64,000 bases of DNA, taken from the NCBI GenBank assembly GCA_041725915.1, contig JBGRPZ010000003.1, forward strand, positions 5,209-69,208, given 5' to 3'. Below the pieces are notes generated by a model, which worked only from the letters and a program-made list of their open reading frames with translations, had not been told where the DNA came from and did no database searches. How positions within the stretch are numbered: the first letter of the stretch is position 1; the number at the start of each line of letters is the position of its first letter. The position numbers and the translations under genes were made by a program. The stretch is from Hyphomicrobiales bacterium (GTDB lineage: Bacteria; Bacteroidota; Bacteroidia; Bacteroidales; JBGRPZ01). Shown one piece after another: positions 26,876 to 37,110 of this stretch.

Positions 26876-27481
26876 ATGCAGATAATTATAAAGAAAACAC
26901 CTGAAGAACATTATTTCACAACCGAGAAGATCACACGTGAAGCCTTCTGGAATCTTTATAAGCCCGGTTGTGATGAGCATCTTGTACTTCATAATCTGAG
27001 AAACAGTAATGCTTACATCGATGATTTAGACCTGATTGCATTGACCCAACATGAAATATCAGGACATATTATATCTACAAGAGCGATTATAAAAGATGAA
27101 GCAAACAATGAATATGAGGTGCTTTGTACCGGGCCAATATCTGTACTTCCTTCAATGCAGTCTAAAGGCATTGGCTCAATGCTCCTGAGACACTCTATAG
27201 AAAAGGCAAAAGAGTTAGGATATTCGGGTATAATTCTATTTGGAAACCCTAACTACTATCAACGCTTTGGCTTTAGGAATGCCGAAATATATAAGATCAC
27301 AACAAAAGATGGTCAGAATTTCGACCCATTTATGGCCTTAGAATTAAAAGAAAATAGCCTTGAGAATATTAAAGGTAGCTTCTTTGAAGCTCAGGAATTC
27401 ACCATTAAGAAAGAAGAGCTAAACGAGTTTGATAAGAACTTTCCTTACAAGGAAAAGAAAAAAACAGATACGCAATTATAG
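26876..27481 (+). CDS. GNAT family N-acetyltransferase (YhbS-like)
   Basis: 201-aa ORF with the acetyl-CoA binding pattern 'MQSKGIGSMLLRHSIEKAKELGYSGIILFGNPNYYQRFGF'. Confidence 0.8.
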   Translation: MQIIIKKTPEEHYFTTEKITREAFWNLYKPGCDEHLVLHNLRNSNAYIDDLDLIALTQHEISGHIISTRAIIKDEANNEYEVLCTGPISVLPSMQSKGIGSMLLRHSIEKAKELGYSGIILFGNPNYYQRFGFRNAEIYKITTKDGQNFDPFMALELKENSLENIKGSFFEAQEFTIKKEELNEFDKNFPYKEKKKTDTQL

Positions 27482-27532
27482 AGCTTATAGCCTTCTATAT
27501 CATGCATATCTCATAAAGCCAATCATAAATAA

Positions 27533-27565
27533 AAAAGACCTATATTGATTGTATAGGTCTTTTTG
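27533..27565 (+). terminator. Rho-independent terminator after the GNAT gene
   Basis: Hairpin agacctata-ttgattg-tataggtct followed by ttttg. Confidence 0.6.
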
Positions 27566-27695
27566 TGTGTAGAATTTTCTTTACTAAACTATTTTATATT
27601 TAATGATAACACTGATACAAATCCACAATTTTATCGTTAGAATGAAATAGCATCAATCATAATATATAAATTTGCTTTTCTAAATACATTACAAA

Positions 27696-30600
27696 TTGAA
27701 GACTCAAGAATATTTATCTAAATACAAAGAACATCCTCAGCTTAAGAAGGTAATTAAAGCTATAGAAAACAAGGAAGGGGAAATTACACTTAAGGGGCTT
27801 GCAGGATCATCAAAGACATCAGTTATAAGCTCTGCATTCGGTATCCATAAAGGTTTACACCTTGTCATCATACCAGAAAAAGAATACTCTGCATATATAT
27901 GTAATGACTTAGAGAATCTTTTCGAGGAGAGAGAGCAGGATTTCAACAAGAAAAAGGTGCTTTATTATCCTTGTTCGTATAAAGTCCCTTATGAGACAGA
28001 TAATGTAGAAAATGCAAATATATTATTGAGAACTGAAGCATTATCAAGAATTCAGGCCAGTTCTAAGATGACTATCCTTGTCACTCATCCTGAGGCTTTA
28101 TGTGAAAAGGTAATTACCAAATCCTTTCTTTCTAACAATACCCTGAAGCTGAAAAAAGGAGAAAAAGTAGATATAGACTTTGTTTCTGATGTTCTTATTG
28201 AGTATCAATTTGAGAGGGTAGACTTTGTTATCGAACCCGGGCAATTCGCTATTAGAGGTGGTATTATAGATGTATATAGCTATTCAAATGACTATCCATA
28301 TCGTATTGAATTCTTTGGTGATGAGATTGAAAGTATAAGGTCTTTCGATCCTGAACAGCAACTATCTGTAGAAAAGCTCAACCATATAAATATTGTCCCT
28401 AACCTACACAGCAGAATTGAGCAGGAAAAGCGACAATCGATATTGGATTACCTCCCTCCTTCCTCGGTTATATGGGTAGAAAATATGGATCTTACTTCTG
28501 ACCTTATGGATAAGGAGTTCGAAAAAGCCCAAAAGCAATATGAACATCTATCCGAAGAAGTCAAGCACCTACCCCCTGAAGAACTTTTCTGTAATGGCAA
28601 TGAGTTTAAAAGCAAGCTTGACAGACATCAGCTTATCACTATAAACGATCCTTCTACAAAGATTGATAATAACGCGATACAGTTCAATACTCAGGCGCAA
28701 CCTGTCTTCAATAAGAAGTTCGATATGATTCTTGAAGATCTGAAAGAACTCAGGAAGGATCAATATGATGTATTCTTTCTATCTGAAAATATTAACCAGA
28801 TTGACCGGTTCAAGAGCATTATTACAGATATACAGCAAAAGGATAACATTCAGGAAGAAATTACAGAAGACCTGTTTGAGGGCTTTAATTGTCCACTCCA
28901 TGAAGGCTTTATCGATAAAGAGTTGAAGCTTGTATGTTATACCGACCATCAGATATTTGAACGATACCAAAGATTCCACCTTAGAAACAGATTCAAGAGT
29001 AAAGAATCTCTGACTATAAAGGAGCTTTACGACCTGAAACAGGGTGATTATGTCACTCATATTGATCATGGTATTGGTAGATTCGAGGGTTTAAGTAAGA
29101 TAGAAAACAATGGAAACATTCAGGAAGTCATCAGACTTACATATAAAAATGATGATATAGTATATGTTCCTATCCATTCACTCCACCGTATATCTAAATT
29201 TGTTGGTAAGGATGGTAAGGAACCCACACTGAATAAACTAGGCTCACAGGCATGGAGTAAATTAAAGCAAAAGACCAAAAGCAGAGTTAAAGACATTGCC
29301 CGTCAGCTGATCAAACTATACGCCAAGCGAAAGGCTTCCGAAGGATTCCAGTATAGCCCTGATTCATATCTACAGAATGAACTTGAAGCTTCATTTATAT
29401 ATGAAGATACTCCAGATCAAAATAAATCAACTCAAGCCGTAAAAGAAGATATGGAAAAGCCTTATCCTATGGATAGGTTGATTTGTGGTGATGTGGGATT
29501 TGGTAAGACTGAGATTGCTATTCGTGCTGCATTTAAAGCCGTGACAGATGGTAAGCAAGTTGCTATTCTTGTCCCTACAACTATTCTTGCATTACAACAC
29601 TATAAATCATTCAAAGAACGACTGAAGGACTTCCCTGTCGATATTGACTATATCAATAGATTCAAGTCTGCCAAACAACAAAAGGAGACTATCCGTAACA
29701 CAAAAGAGGGTAAAGTTGATATACTTATAGGTACTCACAGGCTGGTGGGTAAGGATATTGAGTTTATGGACTTAGGGCTTCTTATTATTGATGAAGAACA
29801 AAAGTTTGGGGTAGCAGTAAAGGAAAAGTTGAAGAACTTCAAAGTCAATGTTGATACTCTTACCCTTACGGCAACGCCTATACCGCGTACATTGCAGTTC
29901 TCACTTATGGGAGCAAGAGACCTGTCTATAATCAACACACCCCCACCCAACCGTTATCCTGTCGAAACACAAGTAAGAGCCTTCAGTGGTGAAACAATAC
30001 GTGATGCTATTCTATATGAGGTTTCCAGAGGTGGGCAAGTATTCTTTGTGCATAACAGAGTCAATAATATCATGGATGTCAATGCCATGATACAAAAGTT
30101 TGCCCCCGGTGTCAGGATTGGTGTTGCTCATGGTCAGATGGATGGCCCTAAGCTTGAAAAGGTGATGATGGGATTTATTGAAGGACAATTCGATGTACTA
30201 TTGGCAACAAAGATTATTGAATCTGGCTTGGATATCTCCAATGCCAACACCATAATTATAAACGAAGCTCAACATTTCGGCCTAAGTGAACTACACCAAA
30301 TGCGGGGTCGTGTAGGTCGAAGCAACAAGAAAGCTTTCTGTTATCTTCTGTCTCCTCCAACCAGCACTCTGACCACAGATGCCAGAAAACGTATGAAAGC
30401 CATCGAGGAGTTCAGCGACTTGGGCAGTGGTTTTAATATTGCAATGCGTGATCTCGATATACGTGGTGCAGGTAATATACTGGGTGGTGAGCAAAGTGGG
30501 TTTATATCTGACATCGGTTTCGAGATGTATCATAAGATTCTTGATGAAGCTATTCTGGAACTTAAAGAAGATGAGTTTAAAGACACATTCAAGGATGATA

Positions 30601-31064
30601 AGGAAAGTAAGGCGTTTGTAAAAGACTGCATCATCGAAACAGACCTTCAACTTATGATACCTGATGAGTATCTTGATAATGTCAGGGAAAGGCTAAGCCT
30701 CTATAAAGAACTTGATAGCATTCAGGATGAAACCACACTACAAGCCTTTATCACTCGCCTTGAAGATCGATTTGGTGCTCTGCCACAACCTACAGTTGCG
30801 CTTATTGAAGCTATCCGCCTTCGTTGGGTAGCCAAATCTCTGGGTATAGAAAAGATAAATATGAAGTTCGGTAAGATGATATGTTGGTTTGTTGCCAATA
30901 AGGAATCTGCATTCTATGAATCACCAGTATTTGGCCGTGTGCTTACATTCGTACAAACTCAAATCAGAACCTGCAAGATGCAGGAAAAGAACGACAAGCT
31001 TTACATGAGCTTTGAGAATGTGAAGAATGTAAGCAAGGCATTGAAGCTATTGGAGGGAATTTAA
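27696..31064 (+). CDS. mfd: Transcription-repair coupling factor
   Basis: 1122-aa ORF with a TTG start per the track. A UvrB-homology N-terminus and a CarD/RID region ('GDYVTHIDHGIGRFEGL') precede the superfamily-2 helicase motifs ('GDVGFGKTEIAIRAAF', 'LIIDEEQKFG', 'LTLTATPIPRTL', 'QMRGRVGRS'). The C-terminus carries a TRG/D7 region. Confidence 0.97.
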   Translation: MKTQEYLSKYKEHPQLKKVIKAIENKEGEITLKGLAGSSKTSVISSAFGIHKGLHLVIIPEKEYSAYICNDLENLFEEREQDFNKKKVLYYPCSYKVPYETDNVENANILLRTEALSRIQASSKMTILVTHPEALCEKVITKSFLSNNTLKLKKGEKVDIDFVSDVLIEYQFERVDFVIEPGQFAIRGGIIDVYSYSNDYPYRIEFFGDEIESIRSFDPEQQLSVEKLNHINIVPNLHSRIEQEKRQSILDYLPPSSVIWVENMDLTSDLMDKEFEKAQKQYEHLSEEVKHLPPEELFCNGNEFKSKLDRHQLITINDPSTKIDNNAIQFNTQAQPVFNKKFDMILEDLKELRKDQYDVFFLSENINQIDRFKSIITDIQQKDNIQEEITEDLFEGFNCPLHEGFIDKELKLVCYTDHQIFERYQRFHLRNRFKSKESLTIKELYDLKQGDYVTHIDHGIGRFEGLSKIENNGNIQEVIRLTYKNDDIVYVPIHSLHRISKFVGKDGKEPTLNKLGSQAWSKLKQKTKSRVKDIARQLIKLYAKRKASEGFQYSPDSYLQNELEASFIYEDTPDQNKSTQAVKEDMEKPYPMDRLICGDVGFGKTEIAIRAAFKAVTDGKQVAILVPTTILALQHYKSFKERLKDFPVDIDYINRFKSAKQQKETIRNTKEGKVDILIGTHRLVGKDIEFMDLGLLIIDEEQKFGVAVKEKLKNFKVNVDTLTLTATPIPRTLQFSLMGARDLSIINTPPPNRYPVETQVRAFSGETIRDAILYEVSRGGQVFFVHNRVNNIMDVNAMIQKFAPGVRIGVAHGQMDGPKLEKVMMGFIEGQFDVLLATKIIESGLDISNANTIIINEAQHFGLSELHQMRGRVGRSNKKAFCYLLSPPTSTLTTDARKRMKAIEEFSDLGSGFNIAMRDLDIRGAGNILGGEQSGFISDIGFEMYHKILDEAILELKEDEFKDTFKDDKESKAFVKDCIIETDLQLMIPDEYLDNVRERLSLYKELDSIQDETTLQAFITRLEDRFGALPQPTVALIEAIRLRWVAKSLGIEKINMKFGKMICWFVANKESAFYESPVFGRVLTFVQTQIRTCKMQEKNDKLYMSFENVKNVSKALKLLEGI

Positions 31065-31174
31065 TGATAAAACTATAATATATGTCACCTCTGACTATTC
31101 AAATCAATAGTTATGGGTGACATAAGTTATTCTATGATGTAAAGTGTATTTCCTGAAAACCTGAATTCCATACT

Positions 31175-31756
31175 CTATTTGAATATTTTAGGTTTCTTTT
31201 TTTCACCAGCACAAATTGCAATCTCATTGATACGCTTAAGTCTGGTTTCTTCTCTCTTAGCAGAGGTCACCCAATACAACATCCCTTTCTTCACAGATTT
31301 ACTTAAACTCTCAAAATATGTGTTGGCCTTTGGATGCATATCCAAAGCTTTTTGCAAGTCTTCGGGGATAATAAGCTTTTCTATATCATCCAGACCTGAC
31401 CAACTCCCGTTGCTTTTTGCAAGTTCAACAGCCTTCATACCCTCTTCAGTCATAAGGCCATTCCTGATCAATACATCTACTTTATTCTTATTCACTACTG
31501 ACCATGTGCTTTTAGCCTTGCGTTTGCTGAAGTACTGCTTATACCTTTCATTGTCGATCCTTCTTTTTGTACTATCAATCCAACCAAAACATAAAGCCTG
31601 ATCAACGGACTGACTCCAATTCAGGTTCTTGACTTTAGATTCTTTCTTGTATACAATTAGCCATACAGACGACTCTGTTTTGTGGTACTTATTGAGCCAT
31701 TCCCTCCATTCTTCTTCATTCTTCGGACAGAATTCTTTTACTTCTTTCTTTTTCAT
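31175..31756 (-). CDS. YdeI/OmpD-associated family protein
   Basis: The track ORF extends to 31813. The ATG at 31756 (MKKKEVKEFCPKNEEEWREWL...) fits the family. 'VWLIVYKKES...QALCFGWIDSTKRRIDNERYKQYFSKRKAKSTWS' and the C-terminal 'WVTSAKREETRLKRI' match the family pattern. Confidence 0.7.
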   Translation of the reverse strand: MKKKEVKEFCPKNEEEWREWLNKYHKTESSVWLIVYKKESKVKNLNWSQSVDQALCFGWIDSTKRRIDNERYKQYFSKRKAKSTWSVVNKNKVDVLIRNGLMTEEGMKAVELAKSNGSWSGLDDIEKLIIPEDLQKALDMHPKANTYFESLSKSVKKGMLYWVTSAKREETRLKRINEIAICAGEKKKPKIFK

Positions 31757-31964
31757 ATTGATTTCTATTGGTCTATAAAAATAAGGGATTCTTATGTGAC
31801 AATTTGATTTCACCTATAAACATATTAAATTGCGTCTATTATTCATTATAGCCATTAGATAAAGGGATACATATATATACTCTCACCTAACAACAAACTC
31901 CTGATAGAGTGATATTGTAATGAGTATGGAATAGGACACATAACGATAACATAAATTACTTACA

Positions 31965-34900
31965 ATGAACCCAAAAGCAAAAGCAATCATTGAAAGAGAG
32001 AAAAGAGAAAGAACAGGAACTCTTGATTTAGGGAACTGTGGATTAACAGAAATACCTAAAAAGATAAGAAGTTTTACATGGATAACAACGCTTGATATCA
32101 GTTATAATCAAATACAAAGACTAGAGAACTTACCCAACAGCCTTAAAAGCCTCATCATATGGAATAACCAAATACAAAAGTTAGAGAACTTACCTAATAA
32201 TCTTAAAGACCTCATCATATGGAGTAACCAAATACAAAAACTAGAAAACTTGCCTGTTTCTTTAAATAAACTTTATATCAATTCTAACAAAATAAAAAAG
32301 TTAGAAAACTTACCTAATAGCCTTAAGAACCTCACCATATGGAATAACCAAATACAAAAGTTAGAAAATTTACCTATTTCTTTAAAGAGGCTTGATATTA
32401 GATCTAATAAAATTCAAAAGCTAGAGAACTTGACATTCGAATTATCTAAACTTGATATCAGTTCTAACAAAATTCAAAAACTAGAAAACTTGCCTAATTC
32501 TATTACTGAACTTAACATCAGGTCTAACAAAATTCAAAAATTAGAAAACTTACTTGTTCCTTTAAAGAAACTCGATATCAGTTATAACCAAGTTCAAAAG
32601 CTAGAGAACTTGCCTGTTTCTTTAATTTCTCTTTCCATCAGCGATAACAAAATTCAAAAGTTAGAAAACTTGCCTAATTTTATTACTGTACTTGACATCA
32701 GGTCTAACAAAATTCAAAAGCTAGAGAACTTACCTAATTCTATTACTGTACTTGACATCAGATCTAACAAAATTCAAAAATTAGAAAACTTATCTAATTC
32801 TATTACTGAACTTAACATCAGCTATAATCAAATTCAAAAGTTAGAAAACTTACCTAATTCTATTACTGAACTTAACATCAGCTATAATCAAATTCAAAAG
32901 TTAGAAAACTTACCTGTTTCTTTAAATAAACTTGATATCAACTCTAACCAAATTCAAAAGTTAGAAAACTTATCTAATTCTATTACTGAACTTAACATCA
33001 GCTATAACCAAATTCAAGATCTTAAATCTATAGAGCCTCAAATAATAAATGGCCATTATCCTCTTTATTGGAGTGATTATATACCTTATAAAGGAATAAA
33101 TCTTAAAAATAATCCATTAATTACTCCACCTCCTGAGATTATAAGACAAGGCAAAAAAGCTATGATTAACTATCTTCAAGAGTTAGAAGAACAAGGGCAT
33201 AGCAAACTATTAGAAGCAAAAATATTGATTATTGGTGATGCCAGAGTAGGAAAAACCACTTTATATAGAAAGCTAAAAGATGTCAATTCAAAGCTTCCCT
33301 TAGAAGAAGATTCTACAAAGGGGATTGATATCCATACTATGGATTTTAATGATATCAAAGCCAATATATGGGACTTTGGAGGGCAAGAGATTTATCATTC
33401 TACTCATCAATTCTTTCTTACTAAAAGATCCCTTTACATTTTTGTTGATGACACTAGTCGTGATGATATTGATTATGATTACTGGTTTCAATTAATAGAA
33501 ATATTATCAGCTAAGTCGCCTGTCTTAATTGTACAAAACAGAAAAGCAGATAGACATAAAGAGTTTGATTCAAGAGGATTTAAAGGTCAATATGAGAATA
33601 TCAAGAATGTATATTCAATCAATCTAAGCCTTAAAACAGAAGAAGATAAAGAAAGGTTTGAGAAATTAAAAAAAGAAATAAGCTTTCATATTAGTCAACT
33701 CCCTCATATAGGAATTGAATTACCAAAGAACTGGCTAGATATAAGGAAAGAATTAGGCAAGATAGCCAAAGATAAACCATATATCAGTAATGAATATTTC
33801 TTCGAAATCTGCAAGTCATATAATATTACAGATATAAACAAAAAGCTCCATCTAAGTGAATTTTTTCATGATTTAGGAGTATTTCTTCACTTCCAAGAAG
33901 ATCACCAATTAAAACATAAAATAATCTTACAAAAAGAGTGGGCTACTAATGCTGTTTATAAGGTTCTTGACGATAACCATATTATAGAGAACAGAGGACG
34001 ATTTAATGAAGAAGATGCTTCTCAGATATGGAAGAATTCAGATTATGAAAATATGAATAAGGAGTTTATTGCCTTAATGGAAAACTTTGAATTGATTTAT
34101 CCTTTACAAAACACTAATAACAAGCAATACCTTATTCCTACTCTTTTACCAATAGAACAAACTAAATTTAACTGGGATTACAATAATAACATAAAACTCA
34201 TATATAAATATGACTTTATGCCTAAAGGGCTTATCAGTAGATTTATAGTAAGAAGGCATCGTTTAATAAAAGAAGAATCTGTATGGCGTAAAGGTGTTAT
34301 CCTAGAAAGAGAAGGAGCAGAAGCTTTAGTTATAGAGGATAGTAAAACAAAATCTATTGAAATAAAAGTAAAAGGAGAAAATAATCATAATATAAAATAT
34401 CTAATAACAAATATAAAGAATGAATTTGATATTATACACAATGGTTTTTATGATATAAAAGTATTGAAGCTAATTCCTTGTAATTGTAATGAATGTTCTC
34501 AAAATAAACATCCGTATTATTATCAGTATGATTCTCTAATTAGAAGAAAAGATAAAGGAAAGCAAACTGTTGAATGTGATAATAGCTATGAAGATATAAA
34601 TATCCAAAGCCTCTTAGATTCTATTTTCATAGATATAGATAGCAACGAAGATATAGAGAAAGTAAAAATATTTATCTCATATTCCAAGGATAACAAAGAA
34701 CAAGTTGATAAATTCAGAAAATATCTTGGCCAGTACAAAGGTCATTATAAATTCACTCCATGGTATGATGGAGACCTAAAATGTGGAGATGAATGGAATC
34801 CCGAAATTAAGAGAAACTTAAATGAAGCAGATCTAATTATCTTCCTTGTTAGTAATGACTTTCTAGCTACTGATTATATAAGGGATGTTGAGATAGAAAC

Positions 34901-35111
34901 AGCAATGGAAAGACACAGAAAAGGAGAAACCAAGATCTTACCTGTAATATTAACCGATTGTAATTGGCAAAGCAAAATCAATCCTCTAAATAAGATTACC
35001 TGTTTCCCTGAGAAAGGAAGACCTATATACGAAACAGATAGTATAACTGCTATAGAGAAAGGATGGACTTCGATATTAAATCAAATTGAATTATTTCTTA
35101 AAGAAAGGTAA
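31965..35111 (+). CDS. ROCO-type protein: ~16 short (20-aa) LRRs + Roc GTPase + COR + C-terminal TIR domain
   Basis: 1048-aa ORF. The LRR unit is 'IxxNxIQKLENLPNSLxxLx'. The Roc P-loop is 'ILIIGDARVGKTTLYRKL' with switch II 'WDFGGQEIYHSTHQFF'. A COR-like winged-helix region follows ('FFHDLGVFLHFQ'). The TIR reads 'KIFISYSKDNKEQVDKF...DLIIFLVSNDFLATDYIRDVEIETAM'. Confidence 0.85.
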   Translation: MNPKAKAIIEREKRERTGTLDLGNCGLTEIPKKIRSFTWITTLDISYNQIQRLENLPNSLKSLIIWNNQIQKLENLPNNLKDLIIWSNQIQKLENLPVSLNKLYINSNKIKKLENLPNSLKNLTIWNNQIQKLENLPISLKRLDIRSNKIQKLENLTFELSKLDISSNKIQKLENLPNSITELNIRSNKIQKLENLLVPLKKLDISYNQVQKLENLPVSLISLSISDNKIQKLENLPNFITVLDIRSNKIQKLENLPNSITVLDIRSNKIQKLENLSNSITELNISYNQIQKLENLPNSITELNISYNQIQKLENLPVSLNKLDINSNQIQKLENLSNSITELNISYNQIQDLKSIEPQIINGHYPLYWSDYIPYKGINLKNNPLITPPPEIIRQGKKAMINYLQELEEQGHSKLLEAKILIIGDARVGKTTLYRKLKDVNSKLPLEEDSTKGIDIHTMDFNDIKANIWDFGGQEIYHSTHQFFLTKRSLYIFVDDTSRDDIDYDYWFQLIEILSAKSPVLIVQNRKADRHKEFDSRGFKGQYENIKNVYSINLSLKTEEDKERFEKLKKEISFHISQLPHIGIELPKNWLDIRKELGKIAKDKPYISNEYFFEICKSYNITDINKKLHLSEFFHDLGVFLHFQEDHQLKHKIILQKEWATNAVYKVLDDNHIIENRGRFNEEDASQIWKNSDYENMNKEFIALMENFELIYPLQNTNNKQYLIPTLLPIEQTKFNWDYNNNIKLIYKYDFMPKGLISRFIVRRHRLIKEESVWRKGVILEREGAEALVIEDSKTKSIEIKVKGENNHNIKYLITNIKNEFDIIHNGFYDIKVLKLIPCNCNECSQNKHPYYYQYDSLIRRKDKGKQTVECDNSYEDINIQSLLDSIFIDIDSNEDIEKVKIFISYSKDNKEQVDKFRKYLGQYKGHYKFTPWYDGDLKCGDEWNPEIKRNLNEADLIIFLVSNDFLATDYIRDVEIETAMERHRKGETKILPVILTDCNWQSKINPLNKITCFPEKGRPIYETDSITAIEKGWTSILNQIELFLKER
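32091..33020 (+). repeat. 60-bp tandem repeat array (about 15-16 units) encoding the LRRs
   Basis: The array is in register with the 60-nt print lines. It includes perfect direct repeats longer than 60 nt (32794-32856 = 32854-32916). Confidence 0.9.
34706..35018 (+). repeat. TIR-module nucleotide repeat, copy 1 (paired with 36691-37003)
   Basis: By hand alignment, about 313 nt are near-identical to the second copy at a constant offset of 1985 nt. The upstream Roc-COR parts of the two genes are far more diverged. Confidence 0.85.
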
Positions 35112-35118
35112 ATAGATA

Positions 35119-37110
35119 ATGGTAACTAAATCAAATAATTTGCCTTCGAACTCTTTTGATAAAGAAGATAATCAAAACCAAAATAAAACTCTAGAAGCCA
35201 AGGTGCTGATTATTGGGAAAAGAAATGCTGGAAAAACTTTATTATATGAAAAGCTAATAAATGCAAATAATGATCATCCTTCAAAAAGAGAAGCCAGCAA
35301 AAAAATAAATACACATTCCATAAACTTTGAATATAATGGTCAAAATATCATAGCAAATTTATGGGATTTTGATGGAGAAATAATATCTGATTCCCTTCAT
35401 CAAATATTCTTTAGCAATAGAACTGTTTATATTATAGTAAATAAAACTGAAGATATTGATAATGAAAAGTGGCATCAATTAATAAATAAATATTCAGAAA
35501 CTACATCTATAACAATAGCTCAAAATAAGAAATCCAATTGTTATGAAAATTTTAACACAAACTATAATAGTATAACTACTATAGTTAACATCAACTTATT
35601 ATCAGAAGACACAGACGATATAGATAATCTGAAAAATATAATTGGACATGAAATTAGCCAACTCTTCAGAAAAAAAACAAAAGTACCAAACTGCTGGAAA
35701 AAAATCAGAAAATATATTGTTACAACAGCAAAACAAAAAGAATTCATAAGTTTATCAGACTTTATTAAAGAAATAAATATCGATAAAGAAGAAGCTGTAA
35801 AATCAATAGAGTACTATCATGATTTAGGTATTTGCTTTTATTTCCAAGATAATGAGCTTTTAGAAAGAAAGATTTTCTTAAGAAAAAATTATATAATTAA
35901 TGCTATCTATAGTATTCTAAATGATCCTGAAATCAAAAAAAATGCAGGACAATTTAATAAAAAAGAAATTTTTAATAAGTGGTCGACTCAAGGCTCTATT
36001 TGTCAAGAAATGAATATTGAGTTTATCATCTTGATGGAATACTTTAAATTAATACAACCTCTTAAAAAAATAGATGAAGGGCAATACCTTGCCCCTAAGC
36101 TTTTACCAAAAGAACAGCCTGAATTCAATTGGAATTATAGTGGTAATATTTGCTTAGAATATAAATACAAAACCTCATGCAAAGGGCTTATTATTAAAAT
36201 CATATCCGATATGTGTAAATTAATAAAGGATGGCTTTATTTGGTATAATGGGGTAATATTAAAGCAAAAAAACACTGAAGCCCTTATCACAGAAGATAGT
36301 CAAAACAAATCTATCATAATAAGAATAAAAGGAAATGATTACAAAGATTTAATGTCTATAATTGAATATAATCTAGAGGAAATACATAAAGACGTAGAAA
36401 TAAAAGAAAAAAAGGAGTTGGTTTCATGCATATGCAATAAGTGTAAACAAGATAAAACACCATATTTTTTTGAATATACATCTCTTTTAGAAAGACAAGA
36501 AAAGAAAAAAGAAACCGCTGAGTGTGATAATAGCTATGAAGATATAAATATCCAAAGTCTTTTGGATTCTGTATTTACAGAAAATACTAAAGACAATAAG
36601 CCTCCAGTCAACAAAAGCACAGAGAATAAAGATAATTCAAATGAACTTAAGTTCTTCATTTCTTACTCTAAGGATAATGAACAGCAACTTGATAAATTCA
36701 AAAAATATCTTGGCCAGTACAAAGGTCATTATAAATTCACTCCATGGTATGATGGAGACCTAAAATGTGGAGATGAATGGGATCCTGAAATTAAAAGAAA
36801 CTTAAATGAAGCAGATCTAATTATCTTCCTTGTTAGTAATGACTTTCTGGCTACTGATTATATAAGAGATGTTGAGATAGAAACAGCAATGAAAAGACAC
36901 AAAAAAGGAGAAACCAAGATTTTACCTGTAATATTGACCGATTGTAATTGGCAAAGCAAAATCAATCCTCTAAATAAGATTACCTGTTTCCCTGAGAAAG
37001 GAAAGGCTATTTATGAAACAAGTAATATAAATGATATAGAAAAAGGATGGAGTTCAATTCTAAAACAGATCGGGAAATTCCTTAAAGAAAAACAACAATG
37101 CCCACAGTAG
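35119..37110 (+). CDS. Roc-COR-TIR paralogue lacking LRRs, with partly degenerate GTPase motifs
   Basis: 663-aa ORF starting 7 nt after the upstream stop. It has the P-loop 'VLIIGKRNAGKTLLYEKL', 'WDFDGEIISD' (DxxG with Q replaced by E), and a G4 position reading 'QNKKSN' (no Asp). COR-like 'YYHDLGICFYFQ' is present, and the TIR is almost identical to that of the upstream gene. Confidence 0.8.
   Translation: MVTKSNNLPSNSFDKEDNQNQNKTLEAKVLIIGKRNAGKTLLYEKLINANNDHPSKREASKKINTHSINFEYNGQNIIANLWDFDGEIISDSLHQIFFSNRTVYIIVNKTEDIDNEKWHQLINKYSETTSITIAQNKKSNCYENFNTNYNSITTIVNINLLSEDTDDIDNLKNIIGHEISQLFRKKTKVPNCWKKIRKYIVTTAKQKEFISLSDFIKEINIDKEEAVKSIEYYHDLGICFYFQDNELLERKIFLRKNYIINAIYSILNDPEIKKNAGQFNKKEIFNKWSTQGSICQEMNIEFIILMEYFKLIQPLKKIDEGQYLAPKLLPKEQPEFNWNYSGNICLEYKYKTSCKGLIIKIISDMCKLIKDGFIWYNGVILKQKNTEALITEDSQNKSIIIRIKGNDYKDLMSIIEYNLEEIHKDVEIKEKKELVSCICNKCKQDKTPYFFEYTSLLERQEKKKETAECDNSYEDINIQSLLDSVFTENTKDNKPPVNKSTENKDNSNELKFFISYSKDNEQQLDKFKKYLGQYKGHYKFTPWYDGDLKCGDEWDPEIKRNLNEADLIIFLVSNDFLATDYIRDVEIETAMKRHKKGETKILPVILTDCNWQSKINPLNKITCFPEKGKAIYETSNINDIEKGWSSILKQIGKFLKEKQQCPQ
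36691..37003 (+). repeat. TIR-module nucleotide repeat, copy 2
   Basis: See 34706-35018. Only scattered substitutions are visible across about 313 nt. Confidence 0.85.

Noticed and set aside
31065-31174. An imperfect long hairpin (atgtcacc...gggtgacat) after mfd could be a terminator.
   Set aside because: No T-run follows it on either strand and the stem is interrupted, so it is not called.
31179-31601. A 140-aa plus-strand ORF.
   Set aside because: It is antisense to the YdeI-family gene and has no motifs.
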